Shown in pieces: positions 40,701 through 54,204 of a DNA stretch of 64,000 nt; within the stretch, counting starts at the first letter, position 1, and every line of letters starts with the position of its first letter. The notes under the pieces were generated by a model. The model had not been told where the DNA came from. It ran no database searches and worked only from the letters and a program-made list of their open reading frames with translations. The translations under genes were made by a program, and so were the position numbers. Source of the stretch: Convolutriloba macropyga (lineage: Eukaryota). The stretch lies in the NCBI RefSeq assembly GCF_964194025.1, contig NC_134473.1, positions 1,984,001 to 2,048,000 on the forward strand, in the 5' to 3' direction.

Positions 40701-43700
40701 TACAGCCAATTCGGTGAGTTGGCCCAAAAACGGGCCCAAGAAAATTAAAGATGTTACCAAAACTTGCACAAAGCATTAAATTTCGTATTTACAAATTTTC
40801 TGGACAAAGATCATCACTAATTAGGCAGAGGAATGATAAAAAAACAAAAATTATAAAGTTATGCTGCGATCCCAACTTCTTCAATTGTACATAAAAACCA
40901 TTTCCCCAATAGTGGTGGGTTATCCGCGAGTATACTTTTATTCAATTAAGAATTGTTTTTGTTTTTCTGAACTCTTTTTAGCAGCATAACAATGTTTTTA
41001 ATAACAATTAACACAAGAAAACAATAAAATTGAAGAAGTACAGCCAATTCGGTGAGTGGGCCCAAAAACGGGCCCAAGAAAATTAAAGATGTTACCAAAA
41101 CTTGCACAAAGCATTAAATTTCGTATTTACAAATTTTCTGGACAAAGATCATCACTAATTAGGCAGAGGAATGATAAAAAAAACAAAAATTATAAAGTCA
41201 TGCTGCGATCTCTACTTCTTCACTTCTACATAAAAACCATTTCCCCAATAGAGGTGGGTTATCCGCGAGTATCCTTTTTATTCAATTAAGAAGTGTTTTT
41301 GATGTTTTGAACTTTTTTTTAGCAGCATAACAATGTTTTTAATAACAATTAACACAAGAAAACAATAAAATTGAAGAAATACAGCCAGTTTGGTTAGTGG
41401 GCCCAAAAACGGGCCCAAGAAAATTAAAGATGTTACCAAAACTTGCACAAAGCATTAAATTTCGTATTTATAATTTTTCTGGACAAAGTTCATCACTATC
41501 TAGGCTGAGGAACAATAAAAAAGTCAAAAATTATAAAGTAATGCTGCGATCCCAACCACTTCACTTGCGCATAAAAACCATTTCCCCAATGGGGGTGGGT
41601 TATCCGTGAGTATCCATTAATTCAATTAGGAAGTGTTTTTGTTGTTCTGACCTATTTTTGGCTGTATAAAAACGTTTTTAAAAACAGTTAACAGAAGAAA
41701 ACAGTAAAATAGAAGAAAAACTGCCACTTTCGTGGGTGGGCCCAAAAACGGGCCCAAGAAATTTGCAGATGTTACCAAAACTTGCTCAAAGTGTTCATTT
41801 TTGTATTTATGATTTTTCTGGGCAAAGTCCATCACTGTCTAGGCTGAGGAACAATAAAAAGTCAAAAAATATAAAGTTATGCTGCGATCGCAACTTCTTC
41901 ACTTGTGCAAAAAAACCATTTCCCCAAAAGAGGTGGGTTATCCGTGAGTATCCATTGATTCAATTCTGAAGTGTTTTTGTTGTTCTGATCTGTTTTTGGC
42001 TGCATATCAATGTTTTTAAAAACATTTAACAAAAAAAAACAGTAAAATAGAAGAAATACGGCCATTTTGGTAGGTGGGCCCAAAAACGGGCCCAAGAAAA
42101 CTACGGATGTTACAAAAACTTGCTCAAAGTGTTAATTTTCGTATTTATGATATTTCTGGGCAAATTCCATCACTATCTAGGCTGAGGAACAATAAAAAGT
42201 CAAAAATTATAAAGTTATGCTGCGATCGCAACTTCTTCACTTGTGCAAAAAAACCATTTCCCCAATAGAGGTGGGTTATCCGTGAGTATCCATTAATTCA
42301 ATTCAGAAGTGTTTTTGTTGTTCTGAACTGTTTTTGTCTGCATAACAATGATTTTAAAAACATTTAACAGAAGAAAACAGTAAAATAGAAGAAATACGGC
42401 CACTTTGGTAGCTGGGCCCAAAAACGGGCCCAAGAAAATTACGGATGTTACAAAAACTTGCTCAAAGTGTTAGTTTTCGTATTTATGATATTTCTGGACA
42501 AAGTCCATCACTATCTAGGCTGAGGAACAATAAAAAGTCAAAAGTTATAAAGTTATGCTGCGATCGCAACTTCTTCACTTGTGCAAAAAAAACCATTTCC
42601 CCAATAGAGGTGGGTTATCCGTGAGTATCCATTAAATCAATTCGGAAGTGTTTTTGTTGTTCTGAACTGTTTTTGGCTGCATAACAATGTTTTTAAAAAC
42701 ATTTAACAGAAGAAAACAGTAAAATAGAAGAAATACGACCACTTTGGTAGGTGGGCCCAAAAACGGGCCCAAGAAAATTACGGATGTTACAAAAACTTGC
42801 TCAAAGTGTTAATTTTTGTATTTATGATAAATCTGGGCAAAGTCCATCACTATCTAGGCTGAGGCAAAATAAAAGGTCAAAAATTATAAAGTTATGCTGC
42901 GATCGCAACTTCTTCACTTGTACAAAAAACCATTTCCCCAAAAGTGGTGGGGTATCCGTGAGTATCCATTAATTCAATTGAGAAGTGTTTTTTGTTGTTC
43001 TGAAGTATTTTTGGCAGCATTACAATGTTCTTAAAAACAATTAACAGAAGAAAACGCTAAAATGGAAGAAATACGGCTACTTTGGTAGGTGGGCCCAAAA
43101 ACGGGCCCAAGAAAATTAAAGATGGTACCAAAATTTGCAAAAAGCATTAAATTTCGTATTTATAATTTTTCTGGACAAAGTTCATCACTAATGAGGCAGA
43201 GGAATGATAAAAAATCAAAAATTGTAAAGTTATGCTGCGATCCCAACTTCTTCAATTGTACATAAAAACCATTTCCCCAATAGTGGTGGGTTATCCGCGA
43301 GTATACTTTTGTTCAATTAAGAATTGTTTTTGTTTTTCTGAACTCTTTTTAGCAGCATAACAATGTTTTTAATAACAGTTAACACAAAAAAACAATAAAA
43401 TTGAAGAAGTACAGCCAATTCGGTGAGTTGGCCCAAAAACGGGCCCAAGAAAATTAAAGATGTTACCAAAACTTGCACAAAGCATTAAATTTCGTATTTA
43501 CAAATTTTCTGGACAAAGATCATCACTAATTAGGCAGAGGAATGATAAAAAAACAAAAATTATAAAGTTATGCTGCGATCCCAACTTCTTCAATTGTACA
43601 TAAAAACCATTTCCCCAATAGTGGTGGGTTATCCGCGAGTATACTTTTATTCAATTAAGAATTGTTTTTGTTTTTCTGAACTCTTTTTAGCAGCATAACA

Positions 43701-46700
43701 ATGTTTTTAATAACAATTAACACAAGAAAACAATAAAATTGAAGAAGTACAGCCAATTCGGTGAGTGGGCCCAAAAACGGGCCCAAGAAAATTAAAGATG
43801 TTACCAAAACTTGCACAAAGCATTAAATTTCGTATTTACAAATTTTCTGGACAAAGATCATCACTAATTAGGCAGAGGAATGATAAAAAAAACAAAAATT
43901 ATAAAGTCATGCTGCGATCTCTACTTCTTCACTTCTACATAAAAACCATTTCCCCAATAGAGGTGGGTTATCCGCGAGTATCCTTTTTATTCAATTAAGA
44001 AGTGTTTTTGATGTTTTGAACTTTTTTTTAGCAGCATAACAATGTTTTTAATAACAATTAACACAAGAAAACAATAAAATTGAAGAAATACAGCCAGTTT
44101 GGTTAGTGGGCCCAAAAACGGGCCCAAGAAAATTAAAGATGTTACCAAAACTTGCACAAAGCATTAAATTTCGTATTTATAATTTTTCTGGACAAAGTTC
44201 ATCACTATCTAGGCTGAGGAACAATAAAAAAGTCAAAAATTATAAAGTAATGCTGCGATCCCAACCACTTCACTTGCGCATAAAAACCATTTCCCCAATG
44301 GGGGTGGGTTATCCGTGAGTATCCATTAATTCAATTAGGAAGTGTTTTTGTTGTTCTGACCTATTTTTGGCTGTATAAAAACGTTTTTAAAAACAGTTAA
44401 CAGAAGAAAACAGTAAAATAGAAGAAAAACTGCCACTTTCGTGGGTGGGCCCAAAAACGGGCCCAAGAAATTTGCAGATGTTACCAAAACTTGCTCAAAG
44501 TGTTCATTTTTGTATTTATGATTTTTCTGGGCAAAGTCCATCACTGTCTAGGCTGAGGAACAATAAAAAGTCAAAAAATATAAAGTTATGCTGCGATCGC
44601 AACTTCTTCACTTGTGCAAAAAAACCATTTCCCCAAAAGAGGTGGGTTATCCGTGAGTATCCATTGATTCAATTCTGAAGTGTTTTTGTTGTTCTGATCT
44701 GTTTTTGGCTGCATATCAATGTTTTTAAAAACATTTAACAAAAAAAAACAGTAAAATAGAAGAAATACGGCCATTTTGGTAGGTGGGCCCAAAAACGGGC
44801 CCAAGAAAACTACGGATGTTACAAAAACTTGCTCAAAGTGTTAATTTTCGTATTTATGATATTTCTGGGCAAATTCCATCACTATCTAGGCTGAGGAACA
44901 ATAAAAAGTCAAAAATTATAAAGTTATGCTGCGATCGCAACTTCTTCACTTGTGCAAAAAAACCATTTCCCCAATAGAGGTGGGTTATCCGTGAGTATCC
45001 ATTAATTCAATTCAGAAGTGTTTTTGTTGTTCTGAACTGTTTTTGTCTGCATAACAATGATTTTAAAAACATTTAACAGAAGAAAACAGTAAAATAGAAG
45101 AAATACGGCCACTTTGGTAGCTGGGCCCAAAAACGGGCCCAAGAAAATTACGGATGTTACAAAAACTTGCTCAAAGTGTTAGTTTTCGTATTTATGATAT
45201 TTCTGGACAAAGTCCATCACTATCTAGGCTGAGGAACAATAAAAAGTCAAAAGTTATAAAGTTATGCTGCGATCGCAACTTCTTCACTTGTGCAAAAAAA
45301 ACCATTTCCCCAATAGAGGTGGGTTATCCGTGAGTATCCATTAAATCAATTCGGAAGTGTTTTTGTTGTTCTGAACTGTTTTTGGCTGCATAACAATGTT
45401 TTTAAAAACATTTAACAGAAGAAAACAGTAAAATAGAAGAAATACGACCACTTTGGTAGGTGGGCCCAAAAACGGGCCCAAGAAAATTACGGATGTTACA
45501 AAAACTTGCTCAAAGTGTTAATTTTTGTATTTATGATAAATCTGGGCAAAGTCCATCACTATCTAGGCTGAGGCAAAATAAAAGGTCAAAAATTATAAAG
45601 TTATGCTGCGATCGCAACTTCTTCACTTGTACAAAAAACCATTTCCCCAAAAGTGGTGGGGTATCCGTGAGTATCCATTAATTCAATTGAGAAGTGTTTT
45701 TTGTTGTTCTGAAGTATTTTTGGCAGCATTACAATGTTCTTAAAAACAATTAACAGAAGAAAACGCTAAAATGGAAGAAATACGGCTACTTTGGTAGGTG
45801 GGCCCAAAAACGGGCCCAAGAAATTTACAGATGGTACCATAATTTGCTCAAAGTGTTAATTTTTGTATTTATAATTTTTCTGGGCGAAGTCCATCACTAT
45901 CTAGGCTGAGGAACAATAAAAAGTCAAAAATTATAAAGTTATGCTGCGATCGCAACTTCTTCACTTGTACAAAAAAACCATTTCCCCAATAGAGGTGGAT
46001 CATCCGTGAGTATCCATTAATTCAATTAAGAAGTTTTCTTGTTGTTCTGAAATATTTTTGGGAGCACAAAAATGTTCCTAAAAACAATTAACAGAAGAAA
46101 ACAATAAAATAGTAGAAAAAAAGGCCATTTTGGTAGGTGGGCCAAAAACGGGCCCAAGAAATTTACAGATGGTACCATAATTTGCTCAAAGTGTTAATTT
46201 TTGTATTTATGATTTTTCTGGGCAAAGTCCATCGCTATCTAGGCCGAGGAACAATAAAAAGGCAAAAATTATGAAGTTAGGCTGCGATCGCAACTTCTTC
46301 ACTTGTGCAAAAAACCATTTCCCCAATAGAGGTGGGTTATCCGTGAGTATTCATTAATTCAATTAGGAAGTGTTTTTGTTGTTCTGAACTGTTTTTGGCT
46401 GCATAACAATATTTTTAAGAACATTTAACAGAAGAAAACTGTAAAATAGAACAAATACGGCCACTTTGGTAGGTGGGCTCAAAAACGGGCCCAAGAAAAT
46501 TACGGATGTTACAAAAACTTGCTCAAAGTGTTAATTTTTGTGTTTATGTTTTTTCTGGGCAAAGTCCATCACTATCTAGGCTGAGGAACAATAAAGAGTC
46601 AAAAAAAAAGTTATGCTGCGATCGCAACTTCTTCACTTGTGCAAAAAAACCATTTCCCTAATAGAGGTGGGTTATCCGTGAGTATCCATTAATTCAATTA

Positions 46701-48630
46701 GGAAGTGTTTTTGTTGTTCGGAACTGTTTTTGGCTACATAACAATGTTTTTAAGAACATTTAACAGAAGAAAACAGTAAAATAGAAGAAATACGGCAACT
46801 TTGGTAGGTGGGCCCAAAAACGGGCCCACGAAAATTACAGATGTTACCAAAACTTGTTCAAAGTGTTAATTTTTGTTTTTATGATTTTTCTGGGCAAAGT
46901 CCATCGCTATCTAGGCTGAGGAACAATAAAAAGTCTAAAATTATGAAGTTATGCTGCGATCGCAACTTCTTCACTTGTACAAAAAAACCATTCCCCAATA
47001 GAGGTGGGTTATCCGTGAGTATCCATTAATTCAATTAGGAAGTGTTTTTGTTGTTCTGAACTGTTTTTGGCTCTATAACAATGTTTTTAAGAACATTTAA
47101 CAGAAGAAAACAGTAAAATAGAACAAATACGGCCACTTTGGTATGCGGGCCCAAAAACGGGCCCAAAAACGGGCCCAAGGAAATTACAGATGTTACCAAA
47201 ACTTGTTCAAAGTGTTAATTTTTGTTTTTATGATTTTTCTGGGCAAAGTCCATCGCTATCTAGGCTGAGGAACAATAAAAAGTCTAAAATTATGAAGTTA
47301 TGCTGCGATCGCAACTTCTTCACTTGTACAAAAAAACAATTTCCCCAATAGAGGTGGGCATCCGTGAGTATCCATTAATTCAAGTAAGAAGTGTTTTCGT
47401 TTTTCTGAAAAATTTTTGGCAGCATAGCAAAGTTCTTAAAAACAATTAACAGAAGAAAACACTAAATTAGAAGAAATACGGCCACTTTGGTAGGTGGGCC
47501 CAAAAACGGGCCCAAGAAAATTACAGATGTTACCAAAACTTGCTCAAAGTGTTAATTTTGGAATTTATGATTTTTCTGGGCAAAGTCCATCACTATCTAG
47601 GCTGAGGAACAATAAAAAGTCAAAAATTAGAAAGTTATGCTGCGCTCGCAACTTCTTCACTTGTGCAAAAAACCATTTCCCCAATAGAGGTGGGTTATCC
47701 GTGAGTATCCCTTAATTCAATTAAGAAGTGTTTTTGTTGTTCTGAAATATTTTTGGCAGCATAACAATGTTCCTAAAAACAACTAACAGAAGAAAATACT
47801 AAAGTAGAAGAAAAACGGCCACTTTGTAGGAGGGCCCAAAGCCGGGCCCATGAAAATTACAGATGTTACCAAAACTTACTCAAAGTGTTAATTTTGCTAT
47901 TTATGATTTTTCTGGGCGAAGTCCATCACTATCTAGGCTGAGGAACAATAAAAAGTCAAAAATTATCAAGTTATGCTGCGATCGCAACTTCGTCACTTGT
48001 GCAAAAAAACCATTTCGCCAACAGAGGTGGGTTATCCGCGAGTATCCATTAATTCAATTAGGAAGTGTTTTTGTTGTTCTGAAATATTTTTGGCAGCATA
48101 ACAAAGTTCTTAAAAACAATTAACAGAAAAAAACACTAAATTAGAAGAAATACGGCCACTTTGGTAGGTGGGCCCAACACGGGCCCAAGAAAATTACAGA
48201 TGTTACCAAAACTTGCTCAAAGTGTAAATTTTTGTATTTATGATTTTTCTGATCAAAGTCCATCACTATCTAGGCTGAGGAACAAAAAAAGTCAAAAATT
48301 ATACAGCTATGCTGCGATCGCAACTTCTTCAATTGTGCAAAAAAACCATTTCCCCAATAGAGGTGGGTTATCCGTGACTATCCATTCATGCAATTAAGAA
48401 GTGTTTTTCTTGTTCTGATCTTTTTATGGCAGCATAAATAAGTTTTTAAGAACATTTATCATGAGAAAACCACTAAAACCAACTAAGTACAGCCAATTTG
48501 GCAAGTGGGCCCGAAAACGGGCCAAACAATTATGTTACCGAAATGCACACAAAATGTTACCTATAATTGTATAATTTTTCTGGGCAAAATTCATCAGAAA
48601 TCAGGCCCAAAGTTATGCTGCAATCCCAGA
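31790..48630. repeat. ~339-bp tandem satellite (about 50 monomers) with GGGCCCAAAAACGGGCCC core; subfamilies A and B
   Basis: The core motif recurs every 337-341 bp. Type A (ATTAAAGATG, ACTAATTAGGCAGAGG) dominates to ~41.5 kb. Type B (ATTACGGATG/ATTACAGATG, ACTATCTAGGCTGAGG) dominates after that. Confidence 0.97.
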
Positions 48631-48769
48631 ACAAAACAGTTTTCATATTTTTAAAAAAAAAAAAATTTGCAGAATTTGCTGGCTTGAAAAACCCCTCCTC
48701 CTTTCTCGTTCTGGACTGGGGACCAGACAATGGCGGAGTTAATTTTTTTTTGTTTTTTTTTTTAATTGA

Positions 48770-50175
48770 GAACAACAGCGCAAACAGAGTAAGCAGGACG
48801 GCTGAAACGAAGGAAGATCTGCGTACGGTAAACCGATACGCTATCGCTCCCAATAGTGATCTCGCCTAAACGTTTGCAATGTTCGCTTCACTGAGAGAAC
48901 ACAAATAAGAAAAGAGCACAAAACACTGATAGGACATAAAATGTTTGATTAATTTTGCCTCAATTTTCAGGAAGACACCTAAAGTTTTTCCAATCCATTT
49001 GGGCAACTTTTTTTGTTTTTTTTTTAAGAAATTTTTTTATTTTTTTTTTGGTTTTTTGTGACAAAAACAACGCAAACGTAGTTGGCGGGACGGTTGAAAG
49101 GATAGAAGATCTGCGTACGGTAAACCGATACGCCTTCGCTCCCAACAGTGTCTCACCTAAACATTTGCAATGTTTACTTCACTGACAGAACACAAATAAG
49201 AATAGAGCACAAGACACTGATAGGACATAAAGTGTTTGATTAATTTTGCCTCAAATTTTATGAAGACACCCTAAAGTTTTTCCAATCCATTTGAGCGACT
49301 TTTTTTGTATTTTCAGGAAGTTTTTATATTTCTTTTTGTTTTTTAGTGAGAAAAACAACGCAAGCATATTTGTCAGGACGGCTGAAATGATGGAAGATCT
49401 GCGTACGGTAAACCGATACGCCTTCGCTCCCAACCGTGATCTCGTCTTAACATTTGCAATGTTTACTTCACTGAGAGAACAGAAGTAAGAAAAGAGCACA
49501 AGACACTGATAGGACATAAAGTGTTTAATTAATTTTGCCTCAATTTTCAGGAAAACAACCTAAACTTTTTCCAATCCATTTGAGCAACTTTTTTGTATTT
49601 TCAGGAAATTTTTATATTTTTTTTTGTTTTTTAGTGAGAAAAGCAACGCAAACATAGTTGGCGGGACGGCTGAAAGGATAGAAGATCTGCGTAGTGTAGA
49701 CCGACACGCCTTCGCTCCCAACAGTGATCTCGTCTAAACATTTGCAATGTTTACTTCACTGACAGAACACAAATAAGAATAGAGCACAAGACACTGATAG
49801 GACATAAAGTGTTTGATTAATTTTGCCTCAAATTTCAGGAAAACACCCTAAACTTTTTCCAATCCATTTGAGCAACTTTTTTTCGTATTTTCAGTAAATT
49901 TTATTTTTTTTTGTTTTTTAGTGAGAAAAACAACGCAAACATAGTTGGCGGGACGGCTGAAAGGATAGAAGATCTGCGTACGGTAAACCGATACGCCTTC
50001 GCTCCCAACAGTGATCTCGTCTAAACATTTGCAATGTTTACTACACTGAGAGGAAATAATTAAGAAAAGAGCACATGAAATTGACAAGAGAAGTTTTACT
50101 TCTGGCTGGCCTAGTGCTGCCTCAAATTGAAGGAAGACACCCTAAAGTTTTTCCAATTCATTTGAGCAACTTTTT
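48770..50175. repeat. Five tandem ~288-bp units with a GC-rich hairpin core
   Basis: GAAGATCTGCGTA occurs at 48813, 49105, 49393, 49681 and 49968 (spacings 292, 288, 288, 287). Confidence 0.93.
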
Positions 50176-50379
50176 TCGCTCCAAGAAAAAACGATTTAGA
50201 AAAGAAAGCATGACGTTAACTTTACACAAAGCAATAAACGAAAAAGCAAAAAACGTGTAGGCGGATGAGATCAAATAAGCGAATCAGAAGGGACCAAGAC
50301 ATTAATGTGACACGACATTTTTTGCATATCTTTGCGCCAAATTGCATTAATTCATTTGAGAGGAACCTTAAAGAGGAAC

Positions 50380-50676
50380 CTAAAAGTGCAACAAGTCATT
50401 ATAGGCAAAGAGTAACTCTTCGCCCTTCTCAATTTTTCGAACAGCATAAAAAACGGCAATTTCTATGTACCAACCCTCATATTCTACCCAGAATGGCTTC
50501 ACGTTGAGATTAGGAGCAGGTTTGTTAGATTTTTGTTTTTCTGATGCATGATTTATATATCTACCCTTAATGGTTTTGCACTGTGGCAGCTGGCATCCAC
50601 CTTTGGCATCAATTGCAAACAAGCGATTTTCAATTTTTTTGCTTCCTGATACTAATTTTTTTCCGGTCTTTAACAT
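50380..50676 (-). pseudogene. C-terminal half of a SET-domain lysine methyltransferase (PR-Set7/SETD8-like layout); the upstream part is frameshifted
   Basis: FAIDA...KGRYINHA...PNL...VFYAVRKIEKGEELLFAYND contains the SET motifs IDA, RxINH and GEELxxxY, with no post-SET Cys cluster. The upstream frame is interrupted by stops. It could alternatively be a spliced exon. Confidence 0.85.
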
Positions 50677-52099
50677 CGATGCTTAAGGCACAACCTGGGG
50701 AGTGCTCCGTAAAAGAATTGAGCTGTTTTGGTACGATTAGTGAAACGCAAACTAAGATCAGTAGCCTCTGCTTCGTACAATAGTTTTTCGCTGTTTTCAT
50801 TGTTCCCATCTTCTCAGTGGTCAATAGGAATGCTTGTGGCTGAAATTTTTTTTCTGAGATTTTTGTTCCACCTTTTGGTTATTGATTTACTTGATCCTGT
50901 TTTCAGTATTTCTTGCCATAGTTCATTTTTGCTTCTAAAGGATTGATAGTACCTGTCTATAATTATTATTTAAACTGAATGATGTTGGTTTTGGTTTACT
51001 GTGGAAAACTCCAATTCTTTTCTTTTCAACAATCCTTTTTTGGGAATTTTTGAATTCTACTTTGAATTTTTGAATTTTGAATATTTGAATTTTTGAATAT
51101 TAGAATTTTTGAAATCTACCTGGTGTTTTACGGGCTCACCACACGTGATGAAGACTGACATTATTGGTAACTACTGAACAATGATGCGCAGATATGTTCA
51201 ATTTTTCCATAGCAGTCTTCGGCTGTTACTGTATATGGGAATTGAACAGTTATTGGACAGTTTGAGTTCGATGTTCGATATGTTAAGCATATCAGAATTT
51301 TTACAGACCTGTGTTTTGTTGCTGCTCAGTGTCTGTCTTCTTCGTAGTCATTTAGTATATCTTTTGATGGATGTACTGGTTTTTGTTTTGTTTTCGATGT
51401 GTTCCAAATCATGTCCTTTTTTGTTATGTATCTTCTCCTCAGTATTGACCCCGCTTGTCAGATTTTTTTAGCCAATCCCATTGCTAATTGGTGCTCCTTT
51501 CTTGCGACTGATTGCAAATGTGCAGAACCTTGCAGGTTCCTCGTCCCCACCTGCAATTCTTCGGACCAAGGGTTAGTGCTCATCGTTTTTAAATGCATCA
51601 AGTCATGAAAAATTTCCAAAATTCATCGATAGGAGATTTTTTGGAGCAAAATTTTGAAACACTTCTATCTGCTCTACATTTCGTGCCTGAGTTGCGGTAG
51701 AGTCAAAGTTAATTCATTGGTGTCCATCAGTTTCTGACGTTTGTTGGACTTTTTTGCCGGGAATGTGATTATCCTTAAAAAGCGAATATTTTCTTAAGGT
51801 TTTTGTTTAGAAATTTGGCATTTTGAAAATTTTGTTAACTTTGTTGAGTTTGCCGAGTTGCTCGATCGTTTCTCGGCAGTTGTAGTTTACCCGATTGTTG
51901 TTTATGTAGACGTAAATAATGCTTTACATGCTGCTAATGCCCATAACTTTCGAAGTAATTCAATACTGGTATTCAAAGTTTTTTAGAAACATCTTAGTAC
52001 GGATTCAGAGTCTCTAAATGACCTTGTATTCTGTGATTCAGGCTCTGATTGAGACTCTGAAACAGAGTCTGAAACGGACTCTGACATTTTTTTCCGATT

Positions 52100-53600
52100 C
52101 AGACTCTGAAACAGACTGTGGTTTTCGTTTGAGTACGCTTAGATTCATAATTCTAAACTTGAGCCAAGCTAGGGTTTAATTTGTTTCCGCTCTCAAGTCT
52201 CTTATAATTACAATGTCATACAATACCAAAAAGAGTAAGCTAGAGTGTTTCTGGATGTAATTTGATTCCACAATTGTTTCCTAACCATGACACACCTTCA
52301 TGAAGAGGGCAGGGTGTAGTTTCCCTTCTTGCCATTAACTTGGTGTCGGTTTTTGTGTTTAGAAAGAAAACGATATCAATCCAATTTTGATGAAGTCGCA
52401 AAACAAATAAAAACGTTAAGTAACTTCTCACGACTAGCAGGGATAGCTCAAAAGAGATTAATCGAAGAAAGCAGTATTAATATGTTTCACTTAAGCAAAG
52501 CATATAATGAAAAATATGATTCAGTTCCTATTTTTTGTCTAGAGTCATAGGTATTTTGCTCCAATATCTAATCAAAACGGTTAAATAACCGTTGGAAAAT
52601 TTTCCTTTGTAACTTCTCTGCAGTTATGAGAAAGGTTTCTGATTTTTCGTTTTCAGAGCGAAATCAGAAGAGCATCTTGAATTTTCCTCTGATTCAGAGA
52701 TATTCAGAGAATAATGATTCTGAATTTCGCTCTGGCTCAGAAAGGTTTCAGTATCGATCCACAACGGACTTGCTATCCACAAGGGACTTTCGATTTAGAG
52801 AGCAGTCAAATCAAATTAGACGGAGAGGGCACTACAGCATTTTCAAAACCCGATAGTTCCCCGCAGAATAAGACTTATATCTGACATTCACCCATAAAAA
52901 AGATTAAGATCAGCCCATTGTGGATTAGCTACAAATCTGGGACCTATTGAAAAGCAAAAACCTCAGATCCGAGTGTTCAAAACCGATGAAAACCCGATGA
53001 GTTCTCAGGGCCAAAGTAAACTAATACCTATAGTGATCAGTTCCCTCTTCCCAACAACTCAGTCAAAATAAATTTTGGCTAGGCTTCCTCACAGTTGATG
53101 CCGGACTAGTCTAAGGAAAGCATTCTCAAGAGCTTTGGCACTTTCTTTTTCTGGCCCACCAGAAACTTCGAAGTTGATGTGATGTGATCAACTTTATTTA
53201 TAACAGCTAGAGCCCGTACCATAGAATAGTGGTCAGTGGAGACACCCAGATGGGGCATGTTTAACTGATTTGTAAGAGTGAAGTTCACACGCAATTTTAT
53301 CACTTAATTCTGTGTAAGACACTGTGTTCTCTGAATTGGCTTGGATTGAATCATTTTGAGGGACTGAGTCAGTCTTCTCGAACAACGCGTTTTGGGGAAA
53401 ACACTGACTGGTTAGTCTAAGTGTTTTTCAAAGACAAATTAATGAAAATTTGACAATTTGAGTAATAAGATCTCGTGATCTGAGTAAGCGAAATCCCCGA
53501 ATTGTGCTTCTAGATTCCATAAACTGTGCAATTAGATTCCACAATTTGCATAAGTAGGCTCGACATTTTACATAGTCAGATTCCAAAGATACAACTTGCG
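52100..53600 (-). pseudogene. Tyrosine-recombinase-like relic, copy 2, upstream of and on the same strand as the SET fragment
   Basis: Fragments SDYVKCRAYL (~53550-53580), LRVNFTLTNQLNM...AVINKVDHITSTSKFLVG (53106-53303), and ELSLLVVRSYLTFLFVLR...VFFLN...LGNNCGIKLHPETL*LTLFGIV...PSLAQV (52450-52155). Their order is compatible with a YR catalytic domain, but the catalytic residues are not cleanly preserved. Confidence 0.4.
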
Positions 53601-54204
53601 CTTGATTTGTGTTTCAGCATGCCCAGCTGTGACGATTAAAGGAGATTAAAGGGAGGTCAGAGGATCTAGCTACAACAAATGACAAACACAACAAAACTAC
53701 AAAAAAAGATGAAATTGTCATGGAAAGCTATGGATTAGTCCGCCGGCTCGGTTTTCGATACATGATTTGCTTTCAAATTGATACAACCAACAAAATCGGG
53801 AACTGATGCAACAAAAAGACTTGTGCTTTTGTGGATAGAATACTTTCAGATTTAATTTATAGACTAATTTAATTTTTTGTCTTGCTTTTTTCACAAATAA
53901 CCCCTTAAACATCCTCTCTAGATTATAACATATAACAAGGCGTTTGTACATTCAAAAGTAGGTGTTTACTTTTTCACAAATATATTTCACTTCTAGGCAT
54001 CCCTTCTAGATTTTAACATACGGAGGCTACCTGATATAAATTGTTTATTGCCCAAAAATCCCCTCTTCGTACAAAAAGCCTATACAGAAACTACTTAATC
54101 AAATTAGTTTCTGTTTTGCAGAGAAATCCCCCCATTGTGTGGCGGGTACCAAAAATTAAGTTTATAACAGCATTTTTTACCACACTTTCGTCAACAACTT
54201 TGAA

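Noticed and set aside
34152-48397. Repeated MGPKTGPRKL... and MQVLVTSLIF... ORFs; GTGATGA...GAAA on the minus strand as a hammerhead
   Set aside because: The ORFs are frame-unstable satellite translations. The ribozyme core lacks C3 and a pairable stem II.
51181-51608. Plus-strand hydrophobic ORFs (also 25397-25606) as membrane proteins
   Set aside because: They are antisense shadows of the A-rich minus-strand relic, with no recognisable domain.
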